From positions 233,565 to 297,564 of the forward strand of contig NW_013657627.1 of NCBI RefSeq assembly GCF_000142905.1: 64,000 bases of DNA, in the 5' to 3' direction. The DNA is from Thecamonas trahens ATCC 50062 (taxonomy: Eukaryota > Protista > Apusomonadida). Below are positions 20,368-31,794 of this stretch, in pieces; position 1 is the stretch's first letter; every line of letters begins with the position of its first letter. The notes beneath the pieces were generated by a model. The model saw nothing but the letters and a program-made list of their open reading frames with translations, had not been told where the DNA came from and did not search any database. The position numbers and the translations under genes are program-made.

Positions 20368-21747
20368 CTACGCGAGCGGGACAGACGAATCGGGCGTAGT
20401 GCTCGAAGGCGAACCGCGGCGGCGGCGGATAATGACAAGGGCGACAACGGCGATGATGGCGATACCGGCGATGGCAGCACCGGCAACAGGGGCAACCTTG
20501 GCGAGGCTGCCGCTGTCGGAATTGGAGCTCGGACTCCCACCCTGCGCCCCGGCGGTAGCGGCGGGCGACGGTGAGGGTGGAGGAGCAGTGGCCACGGGGG
20601 GAGGCGGCGGTGGCGGCGGCGATGGCGGCGGCGATGGCGGCTGCGGTGGTGACGGCGGCGGCGATGGCGGCGGCGGGAGCGGGGCCTCAGCCATGGCTAC
20701 ACCATACTCGATGGTGTTGAAGTCGGACGAGACGTTCTGCCCTGCGATGAAGAGAACTATCTTGTCACCGTTGATGATGGCGTTGCCGGCGCGAAGCTCG
20801 CATGCGGACCAGAGAAAGTCGGACCGGCGATAGATGGGCGCGGCTGCGGGCGTAAAGGTGGCTGCGGGCGATGCGGCGTGAGCATAGCTGACTGCGGCCT
20901 GTGTCGTCTCCTGCGACGAGCAGCCGGCGACTTGGCCGGCCTTGTACACGTCGTGGAAGAGATACACGAGGCCGTTGATGATGGCCGGCGCCGGGGTGGA
21001 AAACCCAATGTAGCCGTCGCCGCGGGTCCAGATGGTTGCGTCCTGGTTCAGGACAACCTTGTGCCCTGTAAAGTGCGTGCCGTTGGTCGAGGTCGCCAAG
21101 GCGATGTCGTACTGGGTGTTCATCGGCGCTGGCGACGGGAATCCCACGACCGAAGTGAAGAAGACAAGCAGCTCGCCGTTGGACTCGACCACCCCGGGCT
21201 CTGCCACCACAAACGAACCAATGCCAGCCGAGTTGCGAGTGATGACTGGTGAGGCATCCTTGATCCACGGCCCTGCCGGCGACGCGCTCACAGCGTGGCC
21301 GATGGACCACGTCGTCACGTCGAGTGCATCCTCTTGAGCAGTGTAATACATGTGGTACTTGCCATCGCCGGAGAAGTACGCCACGCTGGGCGTCTCCGCA
21401 GCAGCCTCGTCATACGAGCCCGTACCACCGACTTCGATCACAGGCGCACCGCCGTTCTCGATGGTCCAGCTCGCGCCGTCATCGGTTGACGTCAGATAGT
21501 ACGGCTCGACAGGCTTGCCAAAGACAGGCGTCTTTGGATGGCTCGCCCACATGTGCCACGTCCCATCACTCGTCTTCAGCACACTCGGATCGTTCCAGGC
21601 TACATTGGTCGACTGCGTAAAGCCAAACCGCTGCACGTTGGCCCAACCACTCAGCTCAGCTATTGCTTCCACGCGCTCATGCTGCAGCACGAAAGCAGCT
21701 GCAATAACGACGCCAACGGCAAACGCCACCCATGAGGAGTGAGACAT
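20368..21747 (-). CDS. Surface-anchored five-bladed beta-propeller glycoside hydrolase-like protein (GH43/GH32-like) with Pro-rich stalk and C-terminal TM
   Basis: Signal/anchor MSHSSWVAFAVGVVIAAAFVL; blade motifs NDPSVLK..DGTWHMW, AETPSVAY..DGKYHMYYTA, SIGHAVSASPAGPWIK, AEPGVV; SPPP stalk; TM AAIAGIAIIAVVALVII followed by RRRR. Confidence 0.75.
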   Translation of the reverse strand: MSHSSWVAFAVGVVIAAAFVLQHERVEAIAELSGWANVQRFGFTQSTNVAWNDPSVLKTSDGTWHMWASHPKTPVFGKPVEPYYLTSTDDGASWTIENGGAPVIEVGGTGSYDEAAAETPSVAYFSGDGKYHMYYTAQEDALDVTTWSIGHAVSASPAGPWIKDASPVITRNSAGIGSFVVAEPGVVESNGELLVFFTSVVGFPSPAPMNTQYDIALATSTNGTHFTGHKVVLNQDATIWTRGDGYIGFSTPAPAIINGLVYLFHDVYKAGQVAGCSSQETTQAAVSYAHAASPAATFTPAAAPIYRRSDFLWSACELRAGNAIINGDKIVLFIAGQNVSSDFNTIEYGVAMAEAPLPPPPSPPPSPPQPPSPPPSPPPPPPPPVATAPPPSPSPAATAGAQGGSPSSNSDSGSLAKVAPVAGAAIAGIAIIAVVALVIIRRRRGSPSSTTPDSSVPLA

Positions 21748-22625
21748 GATGTATGAAAAGTGCTCGAGAGAAGTGGATGCCGTTGGGTGGCCGTTGTGTG
21801 GCCTGTGGAGCAATTGAGCTAGCGAGCGAGGCTGTGCGTGAATTGTGGTAAAAAGGTAATGAAAGAGTACTCATGCGCGAAGAAAAATATACATCGACTT
21901 GCCCTTGCCTGTGCACTCTGCGGGGGGTACAGCGGGGGGAATGAGTTTGGATATCGGTACTGGTATCGGGGCTCTTGCGTGCGAGGGCTATGTGCTACAG
22001 ATTGATGGCGGGGAGGATCATCCAATGCACTTGTGGCTACTGGCAGACGACCGCATCAGTCTTCCCTGCACCAGCTGGCATGCTGCCGCCAGCCTTGGGC
22101 CAACCGTTGTTGGTAGCCGTGCGTGATTGAATGGATCCAGGAGTGGGCGATATTGTCAGAACGCATGTGCAGCTACGCCATGGCGTTGGTTTGGGTGAGA
22201 CGGGGGTGGCTGGTTGGCCAGTGTACCAAAGCGCATGGCTCTCCGCCCGGACTCCCTCTCATCACGCTCATTGCTCACTTGCATCCTCATCCTCGACCGT
22301 CACCCAGCTGCCACCATTCCCACTTGATCATGCCGGTGGTATCGGCCATCAAACCGTGGTTATCTCTTGTCTTGTCTCGTCCTCATGCCCTGATACCTAG
22401 CCATGGCCTGATGGCGGACACGACTCACCCGCCGCTCTGCCTGCACACCATCAACACCATCCATGGCCACCTCCTTACGCCATCACCCTCCAACCATCAC
22501 TCCCACCACCATGACATCATCACCACTGATGATCAATGCTTACCACCACCTGTCGGGCCTTCCACCAACTGCGGACAGACGATCATGTCAGAGAAGCCAC
22601 TCATTGACAGTGGCGAACAACGAAC

Positions 22626-22699
<74 letters not shown>

Positions 22700-22701
22700 A
22701 T

Positions 22702-22750
<49 letters not shown>
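22626..22750. repeat. (GAT)n microsatellite, about 40 units
   Basis: Direct reading; one ATT interruption. Confidence 0.98.
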
Positions 22751-22751
<1 letters not shown>

Positions 22752-23410
22752 ATGGGCTCAAATACGGTCACAATCATGATCGATCACACCAAGGCTGGGC
22801 AGACGCACGCCCACTCCTCGCCCGCTCGAGTCAAGCAAGGGTTGACCACACGCCACACGCCCGAGGTATGTTCTCCCCCCTTCCCCCTTCTGCGACTATT
22901 CAGTGTAGCTGTCTCCATAGCTACCCCCTCCCGCCCTCTTCCCCATGGCCAGCCACATGCGGCATGGCGGCGACCGCGACATGGTGGTGGCAACAGCGGC
23001 GAATTTTGGTTCTTTCGGGAGGCGACATGCCCACCATGTCGCACACCTGCCACATGCTCCACCGCACGGGCTACATGAAATACAGGTGTACAAAGTAGAT
23101 AGGGAGGCGGGGTTAGGAATCGTTGTTACCCATACAAAAATGCATGCACTTACTCTGCTCACTCCCCTCGTTATCCCGGTCTGTGTCCCCCCCCCCCCCC
23201 CCCCCCTCGCCCCTCCCGCCACCCCCCGCCGCCCCGCCTGACGCTCTCTCACCCAACCCGCCCGCCCACCCGCCCGCCCACCCACCTGCCTGTCTTCCTG
23301 CCTGCCGCACCTCCTTTCCCGCGCATGTCCGCGTGTAACACCTGTACATCTTCTTGTGACACTGCGACGTTTGACAATTCGATGCCGTCCATCGATGCCG
23401 ACATGCTCAG

Positions 23411-24825
23411 ATGTCATCGTCTGACCGCCTCTGTCCGGTCTGCTCATCTTACGTCCCGTCGGACGTCTCGATGGAGGTTCATGTCAACTCGTGCCTCGAC
23501 TCGTCATCACGCCGCCAGAGTGCGCCGCCGGCCGCCGCCACAGTGCCAAAGACGGCTGCTCCGGTCACTGCCGCGCGCACCCGTACCACGGTTCGCGGGA
23601 CCAAGCTCGCCAAGCCGGCGACGTATGGCGGCAAGAAGAAGCTGACAACGCGTGAGAAGAAGGCTCGCGAAAAGTTTGTCAAGAGCTTTGCCCGCGAGAC
23701 AGGTAATCGCACCTGCTTTGACTGCTCCGCGCCGAACCCCATCTACCTCGTCTTCCCCTTTGCCGTCTTTGTCTGCACCAACTGCTCCTCGCTCCATCGC
23801 CAGCTCCAGCACCGGGTCAAGGGCGTCTCCATGTCCACCTTTTCCGACACCGAGATCGACCAGCTCCATGCCGGCGGTAACGACATGGCCCGTGCCACCT
23901 ACCTTGCCAACTACACCCAGAGCCTGCCCGACTCCAAGACCCCGCCTGCCCGTGTCAAGGCCTTTATCACAGAGGTCTTTGACCGCAAGCGCTTCTACGC
24001 TCCGCCGCCCGCAGATGACGAGCTCGAGCGCGCAGAGGCCGAGGCTCGCGCCCAGGCCGAGGCCCAGGCCCGCGCTCAAGCTGAGGCTCAGGCCCGCGCC
24101 CAGGCTCAGGCTCAGGCTCAGGCCCAGGCTCAGGCCGATGCTCAGGCCCAGGCCCAGGCCCAGGCTCAGGCTCAGGCCCAGGCTCAGGCCCAGGCCCAGG
24201 CCCAGACTGCCGCCCCTGCCGCCGCCGCTCCGGCTGCCGCTCCTGCTCCCGCTCCCGCTCCCGCGTCATCGTCGTCGTGGATGGACGCTTTCTCCGCGCC
24301 TGCCGAGCCCGCACCCGAGCAAAAGCCGACCAAGTCGTCGACGTCAGACATCATGGCGCTCTTTGCGGCCTCGCCACCGGCTACCGCCGCAGCCCCTGCA
24401 GGCTTCGGCGGCGCGCCGTTTGGTGCCCCTGCTGCCTCTGCCGGGTTTGCCGCCTTTGGCGCGCCGGCCGCTGCACCGGCCGCTGCTCCGACCGCAGGTG
24501 GCCAGATGGCCTCACTCGCCTCGGCCTTCTCTGGCATGTCCACCGGAGCTGCGGCGCCGGCACCGCAGGCGGCTCACGGCTTTGCAGGCTTTGGCGCCGC
24601 GCCAGCTCCCGCTCCCGCCCCGGCGCCCACGCCCGCGCCGGCGCCCGCTGCCCAAGCCATGCCCGCCATCCCGCCGCTCCAGCCGCAGCAGCTCCGGCAA
24701 ATGATGCTCTCTATGGCCCAGGCCAACGGCCTCGACCCCACCCGCATGACGCAACAGCAGGTCCAGATGCTCCAGCAGATGGTTGTCCAGCAGTACCAGC
24801 TGGCGATGAGCCAGCAGATGCTCAT

Positions 24826-24863
<38 letters not shown>

Positions 24864-25153
24864 GCTTTGGCGGCGCCGCCGGCTTTGGCGCTGGTGGCTT
24901 TGGTGGTCAGCAGCAGCAGCAGCAGCAGCAGCAGCATCAGCAGCAGCAGGGCTTCGGCGGCACCGCCGGCTTTGGTGCTGCCGGCTTTGGTGGTCAGCAA
25001 CAGCAGCAGGCCGCCGAGCCGCCAGTTCCCACTGGCCCGCCGCCGCCGGATCCGTTCGACGGCCTCGTCTCTTTCGACGCGCCGTCCAAGCCCGCCCCGC
25101 CACCGACGTCAGCCCCGTCGACAAACCCGTTCTTTGAGGTAAACCTTTACTGA
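23411..25153 (+). CDS. AGFG/NIG-type ArfGAP with N-terminal UBZ-type zinc finger, AQ and polyQ repeats, FG, DPF and NPF motifs
   Basis: CFDC-x16-CTNCSSLHR (catalytic Arg), [14 protein letters not shown]; N-terminal CPVC...HVNSCL; C-terminal DPFDGL and NPFF. Confidence 0.92.
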
Positions 25154-25167
25154 GCCGCCGCTTCGCC

Positions 25168-28100
25168 TCAGAGGAGTCCGTCGACAACAGCCTCGAGACC
25201 AGCGTTGGCTGCCAGCGCTGTCTGCAGCGCCTCGCGTGCCTGCTGGCCCTGCCCGTCGCCGAGCAGCACCGCACCTTTGAACAGAGCCACCAGCGGCGAC
25301 TTCTTCTCGCGCTTGACCGCCTCCTTCAGCGGCCCGCGGGCCGCATCTAGGTCGCCGGCCTGCAGATGGACCAGGACCGCGCGGAGGAGCGGGACAACTC
25401 GCCCGGCGCCAGCCTGCGCAAACCGCATGGCCTGTCGGAACGCCTTTTCCGCCGCGGCAGGCGCGCCCATCACCCCGTACACTGTGCCCAGCGCCTCCCA
25501 TGCTCGCATGTGTTGCGGATCGACACGCAGCGCAGCAAGCAGCGACTCGCGTGCCGCCGCGACATCGCCCAGCATCAGCCGGGCCCGGCCGAGCAGCACC
25601 ATCGCTGGCGCAGCCTGAGGGCTCTCCTGCCCATACACACCCAGTGCCACCGACGCCGCGTTCACGCCCTCTTGCAGCAGGCCCGGAATGCACGAGTCGG
25701 TCGCAACGTACTCGGTGAGGAGGTGCGACGCCAGCGCCATCGAGGTCAGCGCCAGCGGCTGCTGCGAGCCGCGACTCTGGCTTGCCAGCTGACACGCGCG
25801 GTCGAGCGTTGCACGCACCCGCCCGGGCGCTAGCGGCTCGCCACAGCCAGCGACCGCGCGTGCACGCAGCGCTGTCGCTAGCACCAGCCATGCGTGCCAC
25901 GACTCGGGATCGAGCCGCACCATCCGCGTCGCTAGCGAGTACGCTTCGTTAAGCGCGGCACGGAGCGCGGTGACATCGCCGTAGCGCACGCCAGCTGTGG
26001 GCGAGAGCCCGCGGTGCAGCCGCGCCGTCGCCGCAAGCGACAGCTGCTCGAGTGCCTGGCTCCGGCTCGCCGGCAACTTGGCTGCCGTCGCCGTCGCCAC
26101 CGCCACCACCCGCACCGCCCGCCCGGCCTGCCCAAGCTCGGTATGCATCCACAGCTTGGCGAGCGCGTTCCAGCTCCCGGCATTGCTCGGGTCTACGTGG
26201 AGAGCGTACTGCACAAACCGCGACGCGGCCCGGGCGTCGCCGGCCGCCGCCGCAATGTTCGCCATCAGAACATAGCCAGCAGGCTCGAGGCTTTGGCCGG
26301 TCCCACGCAGTCGCGCCGCCATGGCCTGCGCCTTTTCGTACGCCCCGGTGCACGCCAGGATCTCTGCGAGCGTCGCCGCTGCCAGCACGTGTTGGGGAGA
26401 GCTACTGAGGACGAGCTCGAGGTACTGCGTTGCCACTGGCACGTTGTCGAGCGCAAAGGCAACCTTTGCAAGTTCCACGGCAACGTCCGCTTGCTCCTCG
26501 GGCCGCCCGCCAGCATACGCCGCCTGATACGCCGCAATCGCCTCTTGGTGCCGTCCGGCGTGGTAGAGAGCGAGGCCGCGGAGCCGCAGCGGCCAGACCG
26601 ACACCGACGTGTAGCCCGGAACAGCCGTCCCGGCGTCGAGTGCGTCAAGCAGCGCCAACGCCTCCATCGGCGCGCCGGCCGCCACTGCTGCCCGCGCTGC
26701 GTTGAGGACGAGGCCACCGCCAACTTCGGGAGCAACATTGCGTGCCTGGGCCACGGCCGCCATGTAGTGCGGGAGCGCGAGGCCCGGCTCGTTGCGCAAC
26801 TCGCGCTGCCGGCCCACCAGCGCGTGGCTCGCCGCGCAGTTGGGTGCGACCTTGAGGTACTGGCTTCCTGCAGCGAGAACCGATGCTGCGTAGGCCGGGT
26901 ACGGCTCGAGAGTGTGCGCGTAAAAGCCCGCCTCGCGCGGGCGGACGCCGGCCAGTGCTGCCGCCTGCAGCGCCTTGTGGACTTCGGTAACCGAGGAGCA
27001 CTCGATGCCGGCGGCGGCACGAAGCGTCCACGGAAGCGACGACTCGGGATCAGCGACCTGAACCGCCGCGAGCTGACGGACGACACCTTGGGCGTCGACC
27101 ATGCCGGCGGCGTAGTTGAGGGCACCAACAACCGCCAAGTTGGACGCCACACTCACGTCCGGCACCCGACCAGCCTTGGCTGTCGCCTCTGCGAGTGCTG
27201 ACTGCGCTGCGAGCGTGTCGGTCGCAGCGAGCAGGACGCCGCGAGCCGCAGGAACTGTATACGCACTCGGCTCAAGCACAGCTGCGGCGGCCAACGGCTC
27301 CTCCACACCGCTCGCCACGGCGAGGTCATGCCAGAGCATCCCGGTGCCTGGCGCGGCGCGTAGCGCAGTGGCATACGCACGCGAGGCGCGGCGCAGCTGG
27401 GCTGCAGCTGTGGTCGCGTCAGAGGTCTTGACAATGCGCGCAAGACCCAGCGCCGCATCTCCAAGTAGCTTGCGCGGGAGGACCAAGGTGGGAACGAGGA
27501 CAGCGGCGGTGCGGGCAAGGTCAGCAGCCTTGGTCAGGGCGGCCGACGCTGCCGCAAACTGTGGCGCAAACGGCGAGGCCGTGTACCGGCGGGCGGCAGT
27601 GATGAGGAACGAGGCGTAGCCGAGGAGGCCCGGCGCAAAGTCGGGTGCGTCGCGGAGGAGCGAGGCAAAGACAGTCTCGGCCTGCGCGCGCATGTCGAGG
27701 ATGGCACAAAGTGAGGCTTCGATGAACCGGGCAAGGTCGGATCCGAGGCCCGGGCTCTCGCGGAGGTGGCTCACCACCTTGAGTGCGGCCGCGTACTTGC
27801 CGGATCGCCAGTAGGCAAAGGCGAGGGTCTCCCAGAGCTGTGCGTCGTCAGGGTCGATTCGCAGCGCGCGCTGGAGATGCGGCATAGCAGCAAGGAGGAG
27901 GCCCTCTTCCTCGGCGGGGGTGTAGCCGGTAGCTGCCGGTGGGTGCGTGAGCTGTGCCAAAAGGTCGAGGCCGACGAGTCGGTGCGCCCACTTGGGGTCA
28001 TGCCGCTGGGCGAGGGTGTGGTGGGCGAGGTCGATGACGGCGCGCATGTCGTCGGCGGCGAGGAGGATGGCAGCAAGCGCCGACGCGGCATCGGCGTGGT

Positions 28101-30072
28101 CTGGCTCGAGCGCGAGCGCCTTCTTGAAGCATCGCATGGCCTTGTCGGGGTTGGACGGCGCGTAGAACCGCCCAAGGTGGTGAAAAGCGTCGGCTGAGCT
28201 GGCGTCCAGTCGTGCTGCCTTGAGCAGCGCAGTCTGTGCGTACGGCGCCTCGGTGGCAAAATCACCGCCGCGCTCGAGGTACACGATGCCTAGCCGCAGC
28301 TGCGCCGATGCGCGGCCGGGCTCAGCAGCCACGCTCGCGGCGAGCGCGTCAGAGGCTGCCGGGAGCTCACCGAGCTGGTAGTGGGACCAGCCGAGCGCCT
28401 CGAGCTCAGCCGGGCTCGGCTCGGCAATCTGTGCCAGCAGTGGGGCGGCGTCGGCAAAGTGGCCGAGAGTGTAGTGGGCCGAGGCAAGGAGTGCGAGCGC
28501 CTCGGGATGGGGCCCAGCCGCGAGCGCCGCCGTAAGCGGAGCAATGGCTGCCGCCGGCCGTGGACGAGGCCCATTGATCAGCTCGCGCGCCTGCGAGAGC
28601 TGCAGCGTGGCAAGCAGTTGCGCGGCCGGCGACCCATACGCGGCAGCAAGACGCTCGGCAGCCGTTGCCGCAGACTTGTACAGCGACGCTGCGAGGCTAG
28701 CCGACGAGACCGGCAGCCGTGACGCCACCGCAATGTACGCGTGCGGAATGCCGAGGTTGGTCAGCGCCCGGGCGAGTGGCTTGGGCAGCTCGGCAGTGTC
28801 AGCAAGCGCAGTGCAATCGTCAAGAGACGACGCAACACGGGCAGCATCGGACGCGTCGGCAGCGAGAGCAGTGGCGATACAATCGAGCGCGGCGGTGAGA
28901 TCGGTGGCGTCGACAGCCTGACCGGCCGGCGGGCGAGTCGCCCACTCGTTGACGAGCGCAAGAACGTCAGCGGCGGTGAGGGACGACGCATCGATGGCAC
29001 CGAGCTGGGCGGTGAGCCGCGGGACAACCCGGCGAGCAGCGGCAGCGAGCCGCGGGAGTGGGAGCGCATCGGGTGCGGCAAGCTCAATGGCAGTGACGGC
29101 GAGCGCCTGGACAAGCTCCCACTCGGACGGGGCCAGGAGGGCGGCCGGTAACACGAGAGCGTGGTTGGCAGCGAGGAAAGCAACCAGGTTCTCGAGAACG
29201 CATGGAAGCTGTGTGGGGAGGACGGTGGCAAGAGCGGCAACCTTCTTGCGGGCCTTGGCGGCGGCGGCGCGGCGCTTGGAGGCCATGCCGACGACCATCA
29301 TCGACTTCTTCTTGGTGCCTGACGACGAGGCCGCAACAGCGGCCTCAAGCATGTCGTCGAGGCCTCCCAGGGCGTGCAGAGCCGAGACTAGCGCAAATAG
29401 CGGAGGTGCAAAGGCTGGAAGGGTACCTCCGTCGACCATCGCAGCCTTGTCGGCGTCATCAACGTCAGCCCAGGTAGCGAGTGCGGCCTCCCACTGCCGC
29501 CGCAGTGCAAGCGAGACAGCAGCCCATGCCGGGTACTTTGCTGGCGGAGAGTCTGGCAGCAGCGGCAGCAGAGCATCGATGACCGGATGGAGGCCATCAA
29601 AGTTAGAGGTGAGCGTATAGAGCTCAAAGAGGCCCTGCCAAGCCTGAGGCAGATCCATTTGAGCGCGTGTAGCCCTTGTATAGTACTCGACAGCCGCCGC
29701 CATCCGGGGCGATGACGAGCCAGTGGTCGAGGGCGAGGGCGAGTCGGTGGTCGAGGACGAGCCGGTGGGGGCGTCTGTCGTCGAGTCGGCGTTCGGCATG
29801 AGGACGGTATCTGCCGTGGCAAACATATTTTTGTCATTGCTGGTGGCGGCGGCGGAGGCGGCAGAGGCGGTGGCGGCGGTGGTCGTCGTCGTCGTCGTTG
29901 TCAGCTCGCCGTCTTCCTCGGCAAGTCGCACAGTGGCCATGCCCGCAAAGACCAGAGCATGGTAGTTGGTCGGTTCGTGGGAAAGCACCTCTTCAGCTGC
30001 AGAGAGCGCACTTGGGTAGTCCTGCTGCGCAAGGGCCTTCTTGGCTGCCTTGAGCTGCTTCTTTGTCGACAT
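25168..30072 (-). CDS. SKI3: Superkiller complex TPR subunit SKI3/TTC37
   Basis: MSTKKQLKAAKKALAQQDYPSALSAAEEVLSHEPTNYHALVFAG matches the TTC37 N-terminus. Also QAWQGL, LLKAARLD..SADAFHHLGRFY, KAMRCFKKALALEP, LQRALRIDPDDAQLWETLAFAY.RSGKY; about 1630 aa of TPR. Confidence 0.88.
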   Translation of the reverse strand: MSTKKQLKAAKKALAQQDYPSALSAAEEVLSHEPTNYHALVFAGMATVRLAEEDGELTTTTTTTTAATASAASAAATSNDKNMFATADTVLMPNADSTTDAPTGSSSTTDSPSPSTTGSSSPRMAAAVEYYTRATRAQMDLPQAWQGLFELYTLTSNFDGLHPVIDALLPLLPDSPPAKYPAWAAVSLALRRQWEAALATWADVDDADKAAMVDGGTLPAFAPPLFALVSALHALGGLDDMLEAAVAASSSGTKKKSMMVVGMASKRRAAAAKARKKVAALATVLPTQLPCVLENLVAFLAANHALVLPAALLAPSEWELVQALAVTAIELAAPDALPLPRLAAAARRVVPRLTAQLGAIDASSLTAADVLALVNEWATRPPAGQAVDATDLTAALDCIATALAADASDAARVASSLDDCTALADTAELPKPLARALTNLGIPHAYIAVASRLPVSSASLAASLYKSAATAAERLAAAYGSPAAQLLATLQLSQARELINGPRPRPAAAIAPLTAALAAGPHPEALALLASAHYTLGHFADAAPLLAQIAEPSPAELEALGWSHYQLGELPAASDALAASVAAEPGRASAQLRLGIVYLERGGDFATEAPYAQTALLKAARLDASSADAFHHLGRFYAPSNPDKAMRCFKKALALEPDHADAASALAAILLAADDMRAVIDLAHHTLAQRHDPKWAHRLVGLDLLAQLTHPPAATGYTPAEEEGLLLAAMPHLQRALRIDPDDAQLWETLAFAYWRSGKYAAALKVVSHLRESPGLGSDLARFIEASLCAILDMRAQAETVFASLLRDAPDFAPGLLGYASFLITAARRYTASPFAPQFAAASAALTKAADLARTAAVLVPTLVLPRKLLGDAALGLARIVKTSDATTAAAQLRRASRAYATALRAAPGTGMLWHDLAVASGVEEPLAAAAVLEPSAYTVPAARGVLLAATDTLAAQSALAEATAKAGRVPDVSVASNLAVVGALNYAAGMVDAQGVVRQLAAVQVADPESSLPWTLRAAAGIECSSVTEVHKALQAAALAGVRPREAGFYAHTLEPYPAYAASVLAAGSQYLKVAPNCAASHALVGRQRELRNEPGLALPHYMAAVAQARNVAPEVGGGLVLNAARAAVAAGAPMEALALLDALDAGTAVPGYTSVSVWPLRLRGLALYHAGRHQEAIAAYQAAYAGGRPEEQADVAVELAKVAFALDNVPVATQYLELVLSSSPQHVLAAATLAEILACTGAYEKAQAMAARLRGTGQSLEPAGYVLMANIAAAAGDARAASRFVQYALHVDPSNAGSWNALAKLWMHTELGQAGRAVRVVAVATATAAKLPASRSQALEQLSLAATARLHRGLSPTAGVRYGDVTALRAALNEAYSLATRMVRLDPESWHAWLVLATALRARAVAGCGEPLAPGRVRATLDRACQLASQSRGSQQPLALTSMALASHLLTEYVATDSCIPGLLQEGVNAASVALGVYGQESPQAAPAMVLLGRARLMLGDVAAARESLLAALRVDPQHMRAWEALGTVYGVMGAPAAAEKAFRQAMRFAQAGAGRVVPLLRAVLVHLQAGDLDAARGPLKEAVKREKKSPLVALFKGAVLLGDGQGQQAREALQTALAANAGLEAVVDGLL

Positions 30073-30408
30073 ACCCCGCGCGGTGGAGGAAGGTGGGGGT
30101 GGGGGGGTGGGGTGGGGTGGGGTGGAGAGGTGGTGGACGTGATCGTGATCATGATCGTGATCGTCGTCGTGATCACACGCCACCGTCGGCAGGTCGTTGG
30201 CGGGCAGGCTCGGGATGGACATCGACGGAGAATCGTCAGGTTTGGCACACCGAAGAAGGCTTTACTCTCTACTACATCGGAACCGATGAGATCAAGAACA
30301 TCGTGCCCGAGTGCTACATCGCCGTCATTACCCCCCTCCCCCCCTTCCCCCCCACCCGCGAACGGTGCATCCGCTTACGGCGTACAGCACCTCACTCGAC
30401 GACCAACC

Positions 30409-30924
30409 ATGGACTGGAGCACGGCGGAAGAGCGAATGGCAGCCGCACGTGCTGGTGGTGGCGGGGCAGAGGAGCAGCTGTTTGCGGTGGGGCTGGGCAT
30501 GTTGGCGGTGGCTGGCGGAACGAAGAGGTCGAGTGGCCGAAAAAGGTCGCGAAGTGACGACTCTGTTGCAGACCGGGACGGGGACAGGGATGGGGGTGGG
30601 GGTGGGGATGGGGATGGCGGTAACCCACATGTGGATGAGTATCCATGGGAGTGTTTTGATCCACGTCGTGTGGAAGAGATCGATGACTCGGTGTTAGGGA
30701 AGGGGCTGGCGCTGGCCGTCCCCTCGCCGGAGGTGGCTGCATCGGGCCTTGCGCTCGAGTCGGTCTCGGTCATCATCAACAAGAATGGCAGTGGCCTTGG
30801 TCACGTCGTCCCCAATCCCATGGCAACCGCTCAGCCGCTGGTCATCGAACGTGAATGGTCCAGAAACGACTTGTTTCCGCCCATCGATGTTGTGTTTGAT
30901 GCCCATGCCGCTGCCACGCCTTAG
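30409..30924 (+). CDS. Hypothetical protein (about 171 aa), divergent from SKI3
   Basis: ATG preceded by CAACC after a C-rich tract; plausible globular C-terminus (EYPWECFDPRRVEEIDDSVLG...EWSRNDLFPPIDVVF); no recognisable family. Confidence 0.45.
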   Translation: MDWSTAEERMAAARAGGGGAEEQLFAVGLGMLAVAGGTKRSSGRKRSRSDDSVADRDGDRDGGGGGDGDGGNPHVDEYPWECFDPRRVEEIDDSVLGKGLALAVPSPEVAASGLALESVSVIINKNGSGLGHVVPNPMATAQPLVIEREWSRNDLFPPIDVVFDAHAAATP

Positions 30925-31794
30925 CCCACCCACAACCTCAGCCCACATCGCCTGCCGCGAGACCTTGTTGCGGCACAACTATGACCCTCATGCATCTGAC
31001 GCTGACTCGGACAGGGAAGGGGGGGGGGGGGGGGGGTTAGCTGACCGAGCCGCTGCCTCATCACCGCAGCTAGGCCCGACGTGTAGACGCTCTCTGCAGC
31101 GTGACCTGACCGAGAATGGCCAACTGATGGCCTGCGCCATGTGACCGACACCGCCCAACATCAAACACAACCGAGTCCAGCTCCAGCTCGGGCACTCTTC
31201 CGCATCACAAAGGGGAGCAAGCTTGCAATCACCCCCATAGCTCGTACATCATCGCCATGGTTCTGGCAACGATTGTTTGCTCAGGGATGGATAACGATGA
31301 CAAGCATTGCCAACCAATTTGAGCTGCCGTGCTCGAACAGTCAGCCACATCGGTGGGCGGCAGCCAAGCACAAGCCACCCTCCCCACCCCCTTCGACCCC
31401 ACACCACATCACTCCTCTCCTCTCCCCCCCCATCCCTTCCCTCCAGAAGAACACATTGTTACTTTCTGTTTGGGTTGTGGTGGTTACTAGCTCTGTGACG
31501 GTCTCTACGTGAGAGCTACGAGTTGGTGGGAAGCGTCTTTGTTGCGCGAACGCGTTGCGAACAAGCGAACGCAACGAGCGAAGAAGCAACAATTGAAGGG
31601 AACGAAGGGAGCGAACGAACAAACGAACGAACGAACGATTGAGCTGACGGCAGACCATCCCGACGCAACGCATACGTACACGTGGCCAACGCTGACCGAG
31701 TGTTACTGGCGCATCACGAGTACCGATGGTCATGATGGTGTCTGAAAGCGAAGACTGTGTGACCTCTCGTATGGCTCTCGGAAAAGATGTGAAG

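Noticed and set aside
22463-23098. Poly-Asp / poly-Met ORFs
   Set aside because: Products of the (GAT)n microsatellite; the flanks lack coding codon bias.
30214-30330. Coding-looking fragment VWHTEEGFTLYYIGTDEIKNIVPECYIAV between SKI3 and the 30409 ORF
   Set aside because: No in-frame start or convincing splice sites linking it to a gene; may be a remnant but cannot be supported.
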